Source of the DNA: a virus
Taxonomy: Duplodnaviria; Heunggongvirae; Uroviricota; Caudoviricetes
Reading direction: 5' to 3' (one strand)
Length of the DNA: 64,000 nt
Virus record (IMG/VR): IMGVR_UViG_3300028610_000968
Below are positions 1-9,327 of this stretch, piece by piece. A program made the position numbers and the translations under genes. The notes below the pieces were generated by a model. It saw only the letters and a list, made by a program, of their open reading frames with translations. It was not told the DNA's origin and did not search any database. Numbering within the stretch: the stretch's first letter is position 1; every line of letters starts with the position of its first letter.

Positions 1-222
1 TATGAAACAAAGAGTGATGGTGCAAAAGAAGTTGAAGCACTGGAACAAATAATTGATAATGATATTTACTCAACTAATGGATTAACAGAACTTGAAAGAC
101 ATGTACTAATACTAAAGTTCTTCCAGTTCAGTAATACTCAAATATCTGATTTAGTAGACATCAATAGGCAAAAAATAGATGAGATAGTAACTACTGTAAA
201 AGAAAAACTAATGAATAGTTAA
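1..222 (+). CDS. partial CDS (C-terminal fragment); sigma-70 family region-4-like HTH protein (phage sigma factor candidate)
   Basis: Frame 1 is open from the window edge to TAA at 220-222. Translation ...LTELERHVLILKFFQFSNTQISDLVDINRQKIDEIVTTVKEKL fits the sigma-70 region 4 / LuxR-like HTH pattern. Confidence 0.45.
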   Translation, partial: YETKSDGAKEVEALEQIIDNDIYSTNGLTELERHVLILKFFQFSNTQISDLVDINRQKIDEIVTTVKEKLMNS

Positions 223-261
223 TATCCAAAACAAACCTTATTGTTTGGCCTCCTACGCAAC

Positions 262-323
262 CAGCTTGCTTGGTAAAGTCGCAGGTCAGGACTATTGACA
301 GCCCTTTTCTTTAATGGTATATT
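262..323 (+). promoter_or_regulatory. sigma-A-like promoter P1 (TTGACA 295-300, 17-bp spacer, extended -10 TGgTATATT 315-323) preceded by a conserved upstream element GCTTGGTAAAGTCGCAGGTCAGG
   Basis: Near-consensus -35/-10 with 17-bp spacing. The same upstream element recurs at 39481-39512 and, as a variant, at 27722-27745. Confidence 0.55.
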
Positions 324-422
324 GTACTAAGAAAATGGTTAAAAAGTAAAAAAACAAGATTAAAAAAATGTGCAGAGTACTTAATATACTGCACACAGGG
401 AGAAAGGAGACTATTTGAAAGA

Positions 423-626
423 GTGACAGAGTTTACTTATGGACAAATGTTCAAGGAATTAGAGAAACAATGTACTTGTCCCGAAAAAGGAGAAATACCC
501 ACAACAAACGAAGAACTAGCAAGAGCCTGTCCCTTTTGTTTTTATAAAAAAGGATTAATGTTATCTCAAGAAAAAGAAGAATTGGGTATTACTGAACTTA
601 TACCGACCAAGTATTTAATGTTTTAA
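423..626 (+). CDS. hypothetical small Cys-containing protein (67 aa)
   Basis: ORF downstream of P1 with GGAGA-type RBS. CxC...CPFC motif. No recognisable family. Confidence 0.4.
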   Translation: MTEFTYGQMFKELEKQCTCPEKGEIPTTNEELARACPFCFYKKGLMLSQEKEELGITELIPTKYLMF

Positions 627-710
627 GTTTGATGGTTTCACCTCCAATCCAGTAGTGTGGGTCGTTGTGGCATCCGGCCCATACTGCTGGACATATAACA
701 GGCAGAAATA

Positions 711-1103
711 ATGGCAATACTTTTTAGGAGCAACATGGGAACGGGAAAAGAACCAAGAGATAGATTAAGAAAATCAAGGACACCAGTGAAAAAAACTATT
801 AAAAATAAAAAACTTAATCTGTATCTGCTCGACCACCAAGGAACTCTTTGTTCTGTAATAATAGCGACTTCCCTAGAAGAAGCCTTGAGCATAGAAGCAG
901 AAGCTAATGGTTGGGCAGAAAACGGTGTAATGGATATGATTCGGCGTGTACTATTTGAATTTCAAGAAATACCATTGACAGCTGGGAAGATTACAACAAT
1001 TGATTATGACAATCCACATACGATGTTTGGCGGATTAGAAACAATGAAACCAGTGCTAGACCATGTGAACATAAGAACGTTAGAGAGTTTCAATAATGTC
1101 TAA
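711..1103 (+). CDS. hypothetical protein (130 aa)
   Basis: ORF track entry. The start is uncertain. Confidence 0.35.
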   Translation: MAILFRSNMGTGKEPRDRLRKSRTPVKKTIKNKKLNLYLLDHQGTLCSVIIATSLEEALSIEAEANGWAENGVMDMIRRVLFEFQEIPLTAGKITTIDYDNPHTMFGGLETMKPVLDHVNIRTLESFNNV

Positions 1104-2406
1104 TATCCCTCACCGCACCAATACCAATTCTATACACACTTTAACAAATAAGATTAAACGAAAAAAACAACCTGGCTCTATTGCTAAAGAAAGAAAAACA
1201 GTTTTAAGTGAGGCTTCCGAAGCATTAAAGGTTCAAAAGCAACATGTATCTTTTTTTGAAGAAGAGGATACTTTTAACCCCGGTAATACTATTACTGGGG
1301 CTTTTTGTGACGAACCGGGACTTATGTATGGCTCTTTATACATAGCTTCAGTCAACAAGAAATTTGTGCCTCAAAAAGTATTTAGTTACCCTAGCTTGGG
1401 CAATTTAGATAGTGAGACTGTGCCAACTTTCAAATACATAGTTGTGAGAGAGAAATTTGAAGGGTTCAGTGTATTAGGTTATAAGTATACTGATGGTGAA
1501 AAAGAGTTTGTAACATTCAAACCAAGAATAACTGAAATTCTTCGAGACACTATAGGTTTCCCAGCAGCATCTTTGTGGAAGAAAATATTAAAAATGTACC
1601 CACACATACCTGATGCAATAATGGATAACATGAACATGGTTTTTGAAGTGTTTGGGTATCAGGTATATGGTTGTATAAAGTATAACTTTGATTTAGCTGC
1701 TTCTACCTTGTTTGCAGTGCGACAAACAGATGGTCAAATGTTTGAATTAGGTGACGCAAAAGGACACTTACCACCCATCGCAATAAATGAATTTGATAGT
1801 ACGGACATGAAAACATTCCCTAGAGCAATAGCTTCTATGGAAAAATTTATGGATGAACTAAATAAAAATACAGTTAAAGAGACTATGCAAATAAGTACTG
1901 CTGGATATTGCTGCTATGCTTATGGAGACAAAGGACAACTATATGTTTACAGTTTCTTGAGTAGACAATTAAGAGCAACAGCAGAAAATTATATAAACAA
2001 ATTTATGATTTCAAGAACTCTAACTAAACAATTGGCTAATGGTTTTGTTGTGGATACAAAATACATTATGAAGGTTTTAGGAGAAGACTTTAACCCAGGA
2101 AAAATTTATAGAGCTGAAACATTAATTAATTGGACTATTAAAGGTTATCAAGACGAAAGGGATTTTGCAGCAGAAGTATTAGAATGGGCTTTAGAGTCAG
2201 GAATTAATTTCGATGACCCCAGAGAACGTCCCAAAATGATGGCCGAAGCTAGAGACAAATGGAAAGCTGACAAAATGTTACCAATTTGGAAAGTGCTGAA
2301 AGCAAATCTTCTAGAAATTCAACCAGCAAGAGGAATGGAAATAGATGAAACAGCGAATGGAACCAAAGAAAGCAGTGAGTTTGGAGAACAGCTCAAAATC
2401 AATTAA
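1096..2406 (+). CDS. hypothetical protein (436 aa)
   Basis: Long ORF overlapping the upstream gene by ATGTCTAA. No recognisable motifs. Confidence 0.5.
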   Translation: MSNIPHRTNTNSIHTLTNKIKRKKQPGSIAKERKTVLSEASEALKVQKQHVSFFEEEDTFNPGNTITGAFCDEPGLMYGSLYIASVNKKFVPQKVFSYPSLGNLDSETVPTFKYIVVREKFEGFSVLGYKYTDGEKEFVTFKPRITEILRDTIGFPAASLWKKILKMYPHIPDAIMDNMNMVFEVFGYQVYGCIKYNFDLAASTLFAVRQTDGQMFELGDAKGHLPPIAINEFDSTDMKTFPRAIASMEKFMDELNKNTVKETMQISTAGYCCYAYGDKGQLYVYSFLSRQLRATAENYINKFMISRTLTKQLANGFVVDTKYIMKVLGEDFNPGKIYRAETLINWTIKGYQDERDFAAEVLEWALESGINFDDPRERPKMMAEARDKWKADKMLPIWKVLKANLLEIQPARGMEIDETANGTKESSEFGEQLKIN

Positions 2407-2675
2407 TAAAAATCACTATTTAGCTTTCACAGAATCTAGTGAATATATAGGGCAGGTGGAAAGATTACCGAGTGAAGGAAACCTAAAACTACGGTTCTTG
2501 GATGAAGATGATGGCAACAGAGAAGACTTATTAGGGCAAGGGGTGTTCTTAATTCCATCTGAAGTAGTAGGGGAAAACAAATACACAGATATAATGGCAG
2601 AAGGATTTTCACTTATATCAACGTATATAATGTTTTCAAAAGAACAATCAAAAATAAACTAGGAGGACTATCGCC

Positions 2676-3140
2676 ATGAGCAAAAAAGTAAATAAAGAAA
2701 GAGAACATTCAGTAACAATAATAACCAAAACTTGTTCTGATGGAGACGTTTCTGTGGCTAACGTTGAAATGTCAATAATCAGTACTATTCCAAATAAACA
2801 AGGTTTTGTTGGTGATGCAAAAAGCTTATATGGAATATCATCAACTGGTAGAGCTGTTCGTGCTAAAGGAGACACACCGAACGCTGAACTTGGCGAGCAA
2901 ATTGCTTTAGCAAGAGCCTTGCATAATGTCTCAAGAAGATATGCTGAATCAATAAACGGTCTTATAAAACACCAAGACGATATACAAAGCCAGAGGAAAG
3001 AACAAAAAGACAACAAAGCTGGCAAAATTGAAGCGTATGAAAGGCGCAGAGATGAGAGCAAAGCTGCTAGAGTTGCTGCCAGGTTAGAAAACAAAACAAC
3101 GGAAAAAAAGAAAGAGACAGTCGAAGAGAACACAACATAA
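2676..3140 (+). CDS. hypothetical protein with Lys/Glu-rich C-terminus (154 aa)
   Basis: Strong RBS AGGAGGACTATCGCCATG. The C-terminal 60 aa are a highly charged K/E/R-rich predicted helix. Confidence 0.5.
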   Translation: MSKKVNKEREHSVTIITKTCSDGDVSVANVEMSIISTIPNKQGFVGDAKSLYGISSTGRAVRAKGDTPNAELGEQIALARALHNVSRRYAESINGLIKHQDDIQSQRKEQKDNKAGKIEAYERRRDESKAARVAARLENKTTEKKKETVEENTT

Positions 3141-3376
3141 TGGCAAACGCTGTGGTAAGAGAGAATATATACGAAGTTTTGTATATATTTACAATACCTA
3201 TAGATTTATATGAATTAATAAGCCGTAGGTATATAAGAGAATTTGCTAAATCTGGATTGACGTTTAATAAGTTTTATGAACATTTTGTAACTGACGTAGA
3301 AAAAAGAGTAATAATGTCTATAGAAGATGTGGGAGATAAGGAAAGATATAGAATAACATTTGAAAATGTAACCTAA
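3140..3376 (+). CDS. hypothetical protein (78 aa)
   Basis: ORF overlapping the previous stop (TAATGG). Confidence 0.35.
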   Translation: MANAVVRENIYEVLYIFTIPIDLYELISRRYIREFAKSGLTFNKFYEHFVTDVEKRVIMSIEDVGDKERYRITFENVT

Positions 3377-3573
3377 AATAAAATACACTGGAGCGCATTG
3401 CACGGACAGCAACTCCCGAAACAAGATGATGTACCATCACGAATTCAGCCTTAGCGCGACAACAATCAAGGATGTTGCTCCATTGTTACCTAGAAGCCTG
3501 TCAAATGCTTCCTGGTGGCTCCCCGACCGGGAGCTATCGGAAAGCACTTGAAAAGCAAATGAAAAGGAGTGTT

Positions 3574-3888
3574 ATGAGCGAAAAAGTAAAAATTAATGAG
3601 AATGTGTACTTACGAGTGTTTATGGTTGGAATAATTGTTTTATTATTCTTTTCTATCTGGAAAATACATACACTTGGAAATACTGTTGTCGCTTTAAAAA
3701 AGAGTGTTACTTCAAAGTCTACTCCAAAAATAATTGCGAACGAAAGCACTATAACTTTAATTAGAGAAGTAGTCATAGATGAAAAATTTGGTGGGGAGGA
3801 TGCTTTGGGAAGAAAAGAGTCCAAAACAGTGACTAAAGAGTTTGGTATACCAAGTGTGAATCCAATGCCCTCAGGAGACCCAAATTGA
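3574..3888 (+). CDS. small membrane protein (about 104 aa); start trimmed to ATG with RBS AAAAGGAG
   Basis: The ATG at 3574 is preceded by AAAGGAGTGTT. An N-terminal hydrophobic segment VFMVGIIVLLFFSIWKI is present. The track start at 3472 lies in a GC-rich untranslated-looking leader. Confidence 0.4.
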   Translation: MSEKVKINENVYLRVFMVGIIVLLFFSIWKIHTLGNTVVALKKSVTSKSTPKIIANESTITLIREVVIDEKFGGEDALGRKESKTVTKEFGIPSVNPMPSGDPN

Positions 3889-4442
3889 ATCCAATGGTTA
3901 TAAATATAGATACTACAGAGGAATGTGTCAGGGGAAGGTACGCTTCACCTCGTTTCCCTGGTTGTGTAGTTAACATCAATGATTTGCTACAGTGGAGTAG
4001 TGGTTATAATAGAGCAGTTCATGTAATAGATAGTCATTCTCCAGAAGATGTTGAATTTAAGGTGTGGGATAACCATGCTATGAAAGGTTCTCCTGCTGCA
4101 AGTCTTGTACCAGAGATAGCAGTTGATTATGAAAGAGATGAAGTTCTACACAAGAATTCTTTTTCTGCTTTTAATAACACAGGTTTGGATTATATTCTAA
4201 CTGAATACGCCGTAGACACATTAATTTTTACAGGAGCATTTTTAGACATTAGTATACGGCACAGTGTGATTGATGCTTTTTATCGTGGGTACGATACAGT
4301 AGTACCCTTCGACGCTGTTATGCTACATGCGTCAGATGAAGAAGTCGATGGTTCACTTGATATTGTAAATGAAATGAGAGTCATGTACGGTACTTTATTT
4401 GCTTTTACTGATGAAGTGTTGAGAATGGAAGTTAATAAATGA
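3885..4442 (+). CDS. isochorismatase-family hydrolase (nicotinamidase PncA-like?)
   Basis: Family motifs are present: N-terminal INID (Asp), K-N-S-F-S-A-F (Lys), and G-A-F-L-D-I-S at the position of the usual G-x-x-x-D-x-C-V motif. The usual catalytic Cys appears to be replaced by Ser. Confidence 0.5.
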   Translation: MNPMVINIDTTEECVRGRYASPRFPGCVVNINDLLQWSSGYNRAVHVIDSHSPEDVEFKVWDNHAMKGSPAASLVPEIAVDYERDEVLHKNSFSAFNNTGLDYILTEYAVDTLIFTGAFLDISIRHSVIDAFYRGYDTVVPFDAVMLHASDEEVDGSLDIVNEMRVMYGTLFAFTDEVLRMEVNK

Positions 4443-4948
4443 TGGAAAAACTATACAAAGTGTTTGTTTATGGTACTCTAAAAAGAGGTCATGGCAACCA
4501 CTATTTTTATTGCAAAGATGTTACACATGTGGAAGAAGGAAGTATTATCGGGAGAATTTATGATTTAGTACACGGTGCATTTCCTGGCATCCAGATTCCA
4601 CACCGTTCCATCATAGCGCATGGGACGAAAGACCATGAATTTGATGTTGAACTCCAAGAAACATTGACTGACCCGGAGTTTAATACATTTAATGACTATG
4701 GTGATGAATGGGGTAGAGTTTTTGGAGAAGTAATTACATTCAGAAATCCGTCATCTAGTTTTAATGATTTAGATAGATTGGAAGGATTTAGACCAGGCGT
4801 AAAAAATTGTTTGTACGAAAGAGCATTAGTTTTGACAGAATCTAATGGTAGTATTTTTCCTGTCTGGGCGTATCACATGAACAACAAAGACAATATGGAA
4901 GAACACGGAGCTAGAAGGATAGAAAGTGGAACCTGGAGAAAAAATTGA
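4439..4948 (+). CDS. gamma-glutamyl cyclotransferase-like (GGCT/AIG2 family) protein
   Basis: The N-terminal VFVYGTLKRG motif is the hallmark of GGCT/AIG2/BtrG-fold enzymes. Its start overlaps the previous gene (ATGA). Confidence 0.6.
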   Translation: MMEKLYKVFVYGTLKRGHGNHYFYCKDVTHVEEGSIIGRIYDLVHGAFPGIQIPHRSIIAHGTKDHEFDVELQETLTDPEFNTFNDYGDEWGRVFGEVITFRNPSSSFNDLDRLEGFRPGVKNCLYERALVLTESNGSIFPVWAYHMNNKDNMEEHGARRIESGTWRKN

Positions 4949-5073
4949 AAAAGTTTATATATGTGATATGCTTCCTTTTTGTGGGCAGACTCATTGTGAA
5001 ACCTTTTGGGGAAGCGATTGTATCCTTACTGTGGTGGGAAGAACAAAACACAAGTGCAAAGAAGTAAACAAGA

Positions 5074-5394
5074 GTGAGGTTGTTGATGCAAAATAAATTA
5101 AGACTTGAAAGACGCATTAGAACCGAAGATACAGGCAAAGGTGTAAAATTATTAAGAAATATTTCAATACATTTTGAGCCTACAAAACATTTAGATTTAA
5201 AAGTATCTAATCATGCAGGCATACCTAATTTTGTAATCGCTTCTTTGCATTACGAAGTAATTACTCACGTTATGGAAGCTCATGAATACGCTACATTGTG
5301 GGCTAAAGATGATAAGCACCTTGAAGATTTAGTAAGACAATATTTAAAAGAAGATTGGGTAATTATAGATAAGTATGGAGGTACTGAGCTATGA
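5074..5394 (+). CDS. hypothetical protein (106 aa)
   Basis: ORF overlapping the natV-like start by ATGA. Confidence 0.4.
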   Translation: MRLLMQNKLRLERRIRTEDTGKGVKLLRNISIHFEPTKHLDLKVSNHAGIPNFVIASLHYEVITHVMEAHEYATLWAKDDKHLEDLVRQYLKEDWVIIDKYGGTEL

Positions 5395-6344
5395 ACATGG
5401 AACCAGAAGAGGAACTCAGTGACATAGGTGTGATTGTGGGTAGATTCCAAACCCCTTATTTAACTGATGCACACAGAGACATGATGCACACTGTGCTAGG
5501 AAAAACTGGCAGATTGCTCATAATAGTGGGGGTAGCTCATACTAGAGTGACCATGAATAATCCTCTCAGTTACGAATCGCGGAGGCAAATGATATTTAAT
5601 GAGTTCCCAACCACGACAATAGCCTATATTAAAGATGTACCAGACAACGATGAATTGTGGTCAAGAAATCTAGACTCTATAATTAATGATTTCAGAGGCC
5701 CAAATCACAGTGTTATGTTGTATGGTGGTAGAGACAGTTTCATTGGCCGTTATCATGGTGGGTTTAATACACGCAAATTCTTAGAGAAGCCATGTCAATC
5801 TGCGACACAGTTGAGAAAAGAAACTGGTCTGCGTGAACTACCAACTGCTCATTTCAGAGCAGGTGTTACGTGGGCAGCTCAAAATAGATTTGCAACCTCT
5901 TATCAAACCGTGGATATTGCAGTTTTAAAAGATGAAGAACTGCTAATTGGTAGAAAAGAGAACGAAATAAAATGGAGATTTCCTGGAGGGTTTGTTGACC
6001 CGCAGAAAGATGATTCATTGGAAGCAGCTTGCAAACGAGAAGTCAATGAAGAGACATGTGCAGAAATAGATGATTTAAGATACGTTTGTAGTCTTAGAAT
6101 TAATGATGGTCGTTATAGTAGAGAAGAAGATAAAATAATGACCGCATTTTACACAGCCAAATATATCTTTGGTGATATACAACCAAGAGACGACTTAGAT
6201 GAACTGAAGTGGGTAAGATTTTTACCAAGTGGAAACACAGACATCCTGCCTGGTGATTTAATTCCCAGCCATGAAGACTTATTAAGGGAGTTAATACACC
6301 ATTGTAGAGAAAAAGGAATAAGTAAAGAAGAATTCACTGTTTAA
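5391..6344 (+). CDS. natV: bifunctional nicotinamide-mononucleotide adenylyltransferase / Nudix hydrolase (NadM/NatV-like)
   Basis: The N-terminus GVIVGRFQTPY...DAH is a nucleotidyltransferase (T/H)xGH-like motif. The C-terminal half carries the Nudix box GGFVDPQKDDSLEAACKREVNEETCAEI. It lies immediately upstream of nadV, as in the known phage NadV/NatV pairs. Confidence 0.7.
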   Translation: MNMEPEEELSDIGVIVGRFQTPYLTDAHRDMMHTVLGKTGRLLIIVGVAHTRVTMNNPLSYESRRQMIFNEFPTTTIAYIKDVPDNDELWSRNLDSIINDFRGPNHSVMLYGGRDSFIGRYHGGFNTRKFLEKPCQSATQLRKETGLRELPTAHFRAGVTWAAQNRFATSYQTVDIAVLKDEELLIGRKENEIKWRFPGGFVDPQKDDSLEAACKREVNEETCAEIDDLRYVCSLRINDGRYSREEDKIMTAFYTAKYIFGDIQPRDDLDELKWVRFLPSGNTDILPGDLIPSHEDLLRELIHHCREKGISKEEFTV

Positions 6345-6365
6345 TAATAAGGGAGAAAGGTAGAG

Positions 6366-7775
6366 TTGATGAGCAAAAAGAACATTATTTTAAGCACAGA
6401 CAGTTACAAAATTGGTGCTCACCACAATATGTATCCACCAGGCACACGAGGAATATACTCCTACCTGGAGGCGAGAAATACGGCAAGGTGGGATGAGACT
6501 GTTTTCTTTGGGTTACAATACATACTCAAGAACATGTTCTTAGGCCGAGTTGTGACCCAAGAAAAAATAGATGAAGCAGAAACATTGTGCTTGGCGCATC
6601 TAGGCCCAGGAGCCTTTAACAAAGCTGGGTGGGAGCACATACTCAATAAACACGACGGAAGATTGCCAGTAATGATAAAGGCAGTGCCGGAGGGCATGGT
6701 AGTTCCGAAAGATAATGTGATGCTCACCATACTAAACACTGACAAAGAGTGTGAGTGGCTAACATCATACTTGGAAACACTTTTGAGCCAAGTTTGGTAT
6801 CCAAGCACAGTGGCTACTCTCAGTCGTGAAGTCAAAAGAATTCTCAAAGCTTATTTGGGAATGACTTCAGACGATGTAAGTAGTCTACTCTTTAAGTTGC
6901 ATGACTTTGGAGCAAGGGGCGTAAGTACTATGAGTGGCGCTGAGATAGGTGGTCTTGCCCATCTAGTGAACTTTATGGGTACTGACACCCTGGCCGCGAT
7001 TGTGTGCGCTAGAGACTATTACAATGCCCCGCGTGACTTCAGCGATATTGCTTTCTCTGTACCAGCAACGGAGCATAGTATCATGACTAGTTACGGCAGA
7101 GAAGGAGAAATAAGGTTGTTGGGCGAAATATTAGCCAAATACCCTGCTGGAATCTTGAGCGTCGTGGGAGATTCTTACGACATTTACAGATTCGTAGACG
7201 AGTACATGGGCAAAATCTACAAAGAACAGATACTAAAACGTGATGGAGTATTCGTCGTTAGACCAGACAGTATATCTCCAGAGCATAGAACCCCTGGTGA
7301 GCAGGTACTTTGGATATTACAATCGCTTTACCATAATTTTGGAGGCGAAATAAACAGCAAAGGATACAAAGTTCTTAACCCGAAAGTAAGAGTTCTTTGG
7401 GGAGACGGACTAAGTATAGATTCAATCAGTGAGACATTAGCTTTTGTGGAACTAAACAAGTTCAGCACTGATAACATAGCTACATTTGGGATGGGTGGTG
7501 GCTTACTTCAAGACGTAAATCGAGACGTACAGCGGTTTGCTTTCAAGTGTTCTTCACAACTCAGAGATGGTACTTGGCATGATATTCGTAAACAACCAAG
7601 AGATGTGTACAAAGCGTCCAAAGCAGGAAGACTTAAATTAATCAAGGTTGGAGAAGAGTTCAAAACAGTCCTAATCTCAGAGGAAGGCGAAGACCTATTA
7701 GAAACCGTATTCGTTGATGGTCAATTGATACGTGATGAAAATTTTACCGACGTAAGAAAGAGAGCGGAACTTTAA
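6366..7775 (+). CDS. nadV: nicotinamide phosphoribosyltransferase (NAMPT / NadV)
   Basis: 469 aa with an N-terminus ILSTDSYKIGAHHNMYPPGT... typical of NAMPT. Size and overall pattern match. RBS GGGAGAAAGG. Confidence 0.8.
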   Translation: MMSKKNIILSTDSYKIGAHHNMYPPGTRGIYSYLEARNTARWDETVFFGLQYILKNMFLGRVVTQEKIDEAETLCLAHLGPGAFNKAGWEHILNKHDGRLPVMIKAVPEGMVVPKDNVMLTILNTDKECEWLTSYLETLLSQVWYPSTVATLSREVKRILKAYLGMTSDDVSSLLFKLHDFGARGVSTMSGAEIGGLAHLVNFMGTDTLAAIVCARDYYNAPRDFSDIAFSVPATEHSIMTSYGREGEIRLLGEILAKYPAGILSVVGDSYDIYRFVDEYMGKIYKEQILKRDGVFVVRPDSISPEHRTPGEQVLWILQSLYHNFGGEINSKGYKVLNPKVRVLWGDGLSIDSISETLAFVELNKFSTDNIATFGMGGGLLQDVNRDVQRFAFKCSSQLRDGTWHDIRKQPRDVYKASKAGRLKLIKVGEEFKTVLISEEGEDLLETVFVDGQLIRDENFTDVRKRAEL

Positions 7776-7776
7776 G

Positions 7777-8067
7777 ATGGGAAGGAGAGAAAAAAGCATG
7801 AGCAAAGATAAGAACGAACAACAGAACGAGAACAATGGAGAAAAGGTTGAACCAGCAGGCGCTGGAGCAGAGGAAGTCGTACAAGGGGAAACTGACAACG
7901 TTGATGTGCCTAAACTGGAGCTTGTTGAAGACGACAAGCAAGAAGAAGAGGAATTGGTGGTAGAAGAAAAGTCAGGAATTGGAGTCTGGACGGTCATAGG
8001 CTGTATCGTCGGCGGATTGGCTCTTGGTTTCCTCATTGGCAGCATACTAGTTTCATTGGGCTACTAG
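7777..8067 (+). CDS. acidic protein with C-terminal transmembrane anchor (96 aa)
   Basis: E/D-rich N-terminal 70 aa followed by GIGVWTVIGCIVGGLALGFLIGSILVSL. Confidence 0.4.
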   Translation: MGRREKSMSKDKNEQQNENNGEKVEPAGAGAEEVVQGETDNVDVPKLELVEDDKQEEEELVVEEKSGIGVWTVIGCIVGGLALGFLIGSILVSLGY

Positions 8068-8137
8068 CCCACACTCAATATACTCTATAGAGTATTGACT
8101 TTGATAGTAAGGTAAACAGGTAAAAGGAGTAACAAGC

Positions 8138-9088
8138 ATGGAGTTTTTAAAGTTTCTATTGTTTATGGTCACTCTAATTGGTTTGATTGGATGGATATGG
8201 AAGGGCATATCTTTCGACAGAACTGATTACGGTGATATCAGAGGGATTGCGAGTTTTCCAGTCTCTCGTACAGTAACAGGGCTGGTTGTATTGGTGGGAA
8301 TATTAGTATTCTTTTCTGCCATTCAGATCATGCCCGCAGGTCACAGAGGTGTTATTTACTCACAAAAATCTGGTGTAAAAAGCCGCATTTTGCAAGAGGG
8401 GTTCAACGTTGTAACCCCAGCGGTGGAGACAGTTCACGAGGTTTCGGTTCGAGTGAGAGAGCACACGGTCGTATTAGATGTCGAAAAGAATTCGGCGGCC
8501 TCCAAGGACACACAAGATGTTGGAGCGGTCGTCACAGTCAATTACCACTACGATGCTAAAAATGTCCATAGAATCTACAGGGATATTGGAGACGCAGATA
8601 CAGTTGCGAAAACCATCCTTGTGCCGAAAACTCAGGACGCAATCAAAAGAGCCACCGCAACATTCGAAGCCGAGGATATGATTGCTAACCGAGGGAAACT
8701 GGCCGAGTTGATCAAAACAACTCTATCCGACCGTCTCGCATCTTCATACTTGATCGTCGATGATATTTCGGTGCAGAATATCAGTTTCAAGAAGGACTTT
8801 ACCGCCGCCATCGAGAACAAAGTGAAGCAGAAACAATTGGCGAAGCAGGCAAAGCTCATAGTCGTGACAAAAGAGGCTGAAGCCGAACAGCTCATTGCAG
8901 AGGCAAGAGGCGTCAAAGAGTCTCGTATTCTCAAAGCTGAAGGTACTGCTAAAGCCAACGAACTACTGGAGCGCAGCTTAACTCCCGGAGTCTTACAACA
9001 ACGAGCCATTGATGTCTGGGATGGTAAGTTCCCCACGTACTACAGTGGCGGAGCGGGCGCACCGTTGCTGTTCAACATTCCTAAATAG
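8138..9088 (+). CDS. SPFH / band-7 (prohibitin/HflC-like) membrane protein
   Basis: N-terminal TM helix, then an SPFH core and a coiled-coil region (LAKQAKLIVVTKEAEAEQLIAEARGVKESRILKAEG). Confidence 0.7.
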   Translation: MEFLKFLLFMVTLIGLIGWIWKGISFDRTDYGDIRGIASFPVSRTVTGLVVLVGILVFFSAIQIMPAGHRGVIYSQKSGVKSRILQEGFNVVTPAVETVHEVSVRVREHTVVLDVEKNSAASKDTQDVGAVVTVNYHYDAKNVHRIYRDIGDADTVAKTILVPKTQDAIKRATATFEAEDMIANRGKLAELIKTTLSDRLASSYLIVDDISVQNISFKKDFTAAIENKVKQKQLAKQAKLIVVTKEAEAEQLIAEARGVKESRILKAEGTAKANELLERSLTPGVLQQRAIDVWDGKFPTYYSGGAGAPLLFNIPK

Positions 9089-9327
9089 TTTAGGTTTGCC
9101 AACCTGAACCACCTTTGTACGATAGCCCCTTGAGCCTTCATCGGCTCCTGGGGTGCTATGACAAGAAAGCGAATGAAAATAGAATTACTCACGGGAGTAG
9201 TGAGGTTAATCTTTGTGGCATGGTTTATATCTACACAGAAAGATTTTCCATTGTTTTTGCCAATAGGCATCACTATAATTTTCCTTGCGGGTATGAATTT
9301 TGAGAGAGTGGGTAGAGCTATTACAAA

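Noticed and set aside
2345-2662. 105-aa ORF overlapping the 3' end of 1096-2406
   Set aside because: Its first 20 codons overlap the preceding gene in another frame and no clear RBS or start is visible. A shorter internal start is possible but cannot be fixed from sequence alone, so it is not listed as a feature.
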